From assembly GCA_002633005.1 (NCBI GenBank), contig NMRA01000373.1, positions 62,001-126,000 of the forward strand: a stretch of 64,000 nucleotides of DNA, written 5' to 3'. The position numbers were made by a program, and so were the translations under genes. This DNA is from Phoronis australis (taxonomy: Eukaryota > Animalia > Phoronida). The notes under the pieces were generated by a model, which saw only the letters and a list, made by a program, of their open reading frames with translations, was not told where the DNA came from and did not search any database. Shown here in pieces: positions 63,100-64,000 of the stretch; position 1 is the stretch's first letter, and the number at the start of each line of letters is the position of its first letter.

Positions 63100-63830
63100 A
63101 TATAGTCTCGTTCTTAATGCCCGTGACTACTGTTAAGTCCGTTGAATTAAATGTAACCAAACTTACACAGTACAAGAGAACGTTTGTGTACAAATGTATT
63201 TATCTGATAACGGTTCTTTATCCTGAATTGAGAACAACAACTCCGAGGCACAGTTTTCAAGTATTTTTTCATGACGATTCTTGGAAAGAATGCAATCTGT
63301 AACGCGACTGTTGTGATGTCGGTTGAATTAAATGTAACCAACCTTGCATGTATAATCTGATAACGATTCTTTACCTTGCATTGAGAACGACAATTTCGAG
63401 GTATTGTTTTCCAAACATGTTTTCGTGACGATTCTTGGAAAGAACGCAAACGGAACCCTTCGGCAATCAATAACAGCAGCGTAGAATATGCATTTGAAAA
63501 CTGCACTCGTCGCCGGGATATTGTCACTCAACAGGAGATGTTTGTATGCAATTATAGATAACTTTTATTCGCCCTTAATATGCACATCTGATCAACATCA
63601 AAGAAACTTCCCTGAATAACGGACATCGTATTAAGTTTTATTCGACTATTCCCATACAACGTGCCTACATTTTGAGAACCAGTTTTGTCTAATGAATAAA
63701 GGGCATTAAAATCCCCGTTATTCAATGAATAAAATTGGTTTTCAAAATGTGGGCACATTATATCTGACTATTCACCAAGCAGATGCATTGTTTTTTAACG
63801 TTTTAGTGTTGTAGATGCCTGATTTAAATG
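63100..63830 (-). pseudogene. Possible decayed leucine-rich-repeat coding relic with an internal ~180-bp tandem duplication
   Basis: ENQFYSLNNGDFNALYSLD, NTMSVIQGSFFD, HLLLSDNIP in broken frames; 63124-63297 is similar to 63305-63449. Confidence 0.35.
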
Positions 63831-64000
63831 ACTCGGTGCTGTAATACACATGGCTTATTACGCTCTTAAAGGCGAAGGCAACCTGTTTCATGTTATTTTT
63901 AGCAAAAATAAGTTTCCTTTATTATCCCAGACATATTTTTCACTTATTTATTGCTTTTCTTAATTTAATTAATTACTCCGGAAATGACGTTTTGGGAGGC

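Overview
AT-rich animal genomic DNA, probably a marine invertebrate (inference from repeat content and gene architecture). It has single-N joins at 4779, 9637 and 35997 and an assembly gap at 60322-60793. Most of the window is one multi-exon minus-strand gene of the polycystin-1/PKD1-like (REJ) family. It starts at ATG 56739 and runs off the left edge. I spliced 21 exons by hand with consistent GT-AG phases, plus one doubtful exon. The domain order is signal peptide, C-type lectin, WSC, PKD-like and unannotated modules, PKD, F5/8C (discoidin), a 2871-bp PKD-repeat exon, then REJ. The introns hold a very recent Mag-type Ty3/Gypsy element (identical 113-bp LTRs, GGAAT target duplication, integrase frameshift), decayed LINEs, a Kolobok-like THAP relic, tRNA-derived SINEs, MITEs, foldback DNA and satellites. 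The most unusual signals are: a tRNA-derived head fused to a Penelope-type minimal hammerhead ribozyme (37867-38054); the receptor architecture, including an unannotated Cys-insert module; arrays of CTCF-like motifs with ~145-bp period; and a 29-bp palindrome flanked by a 7-bp direct repeat. All calls come from manual reading; no searches were run.
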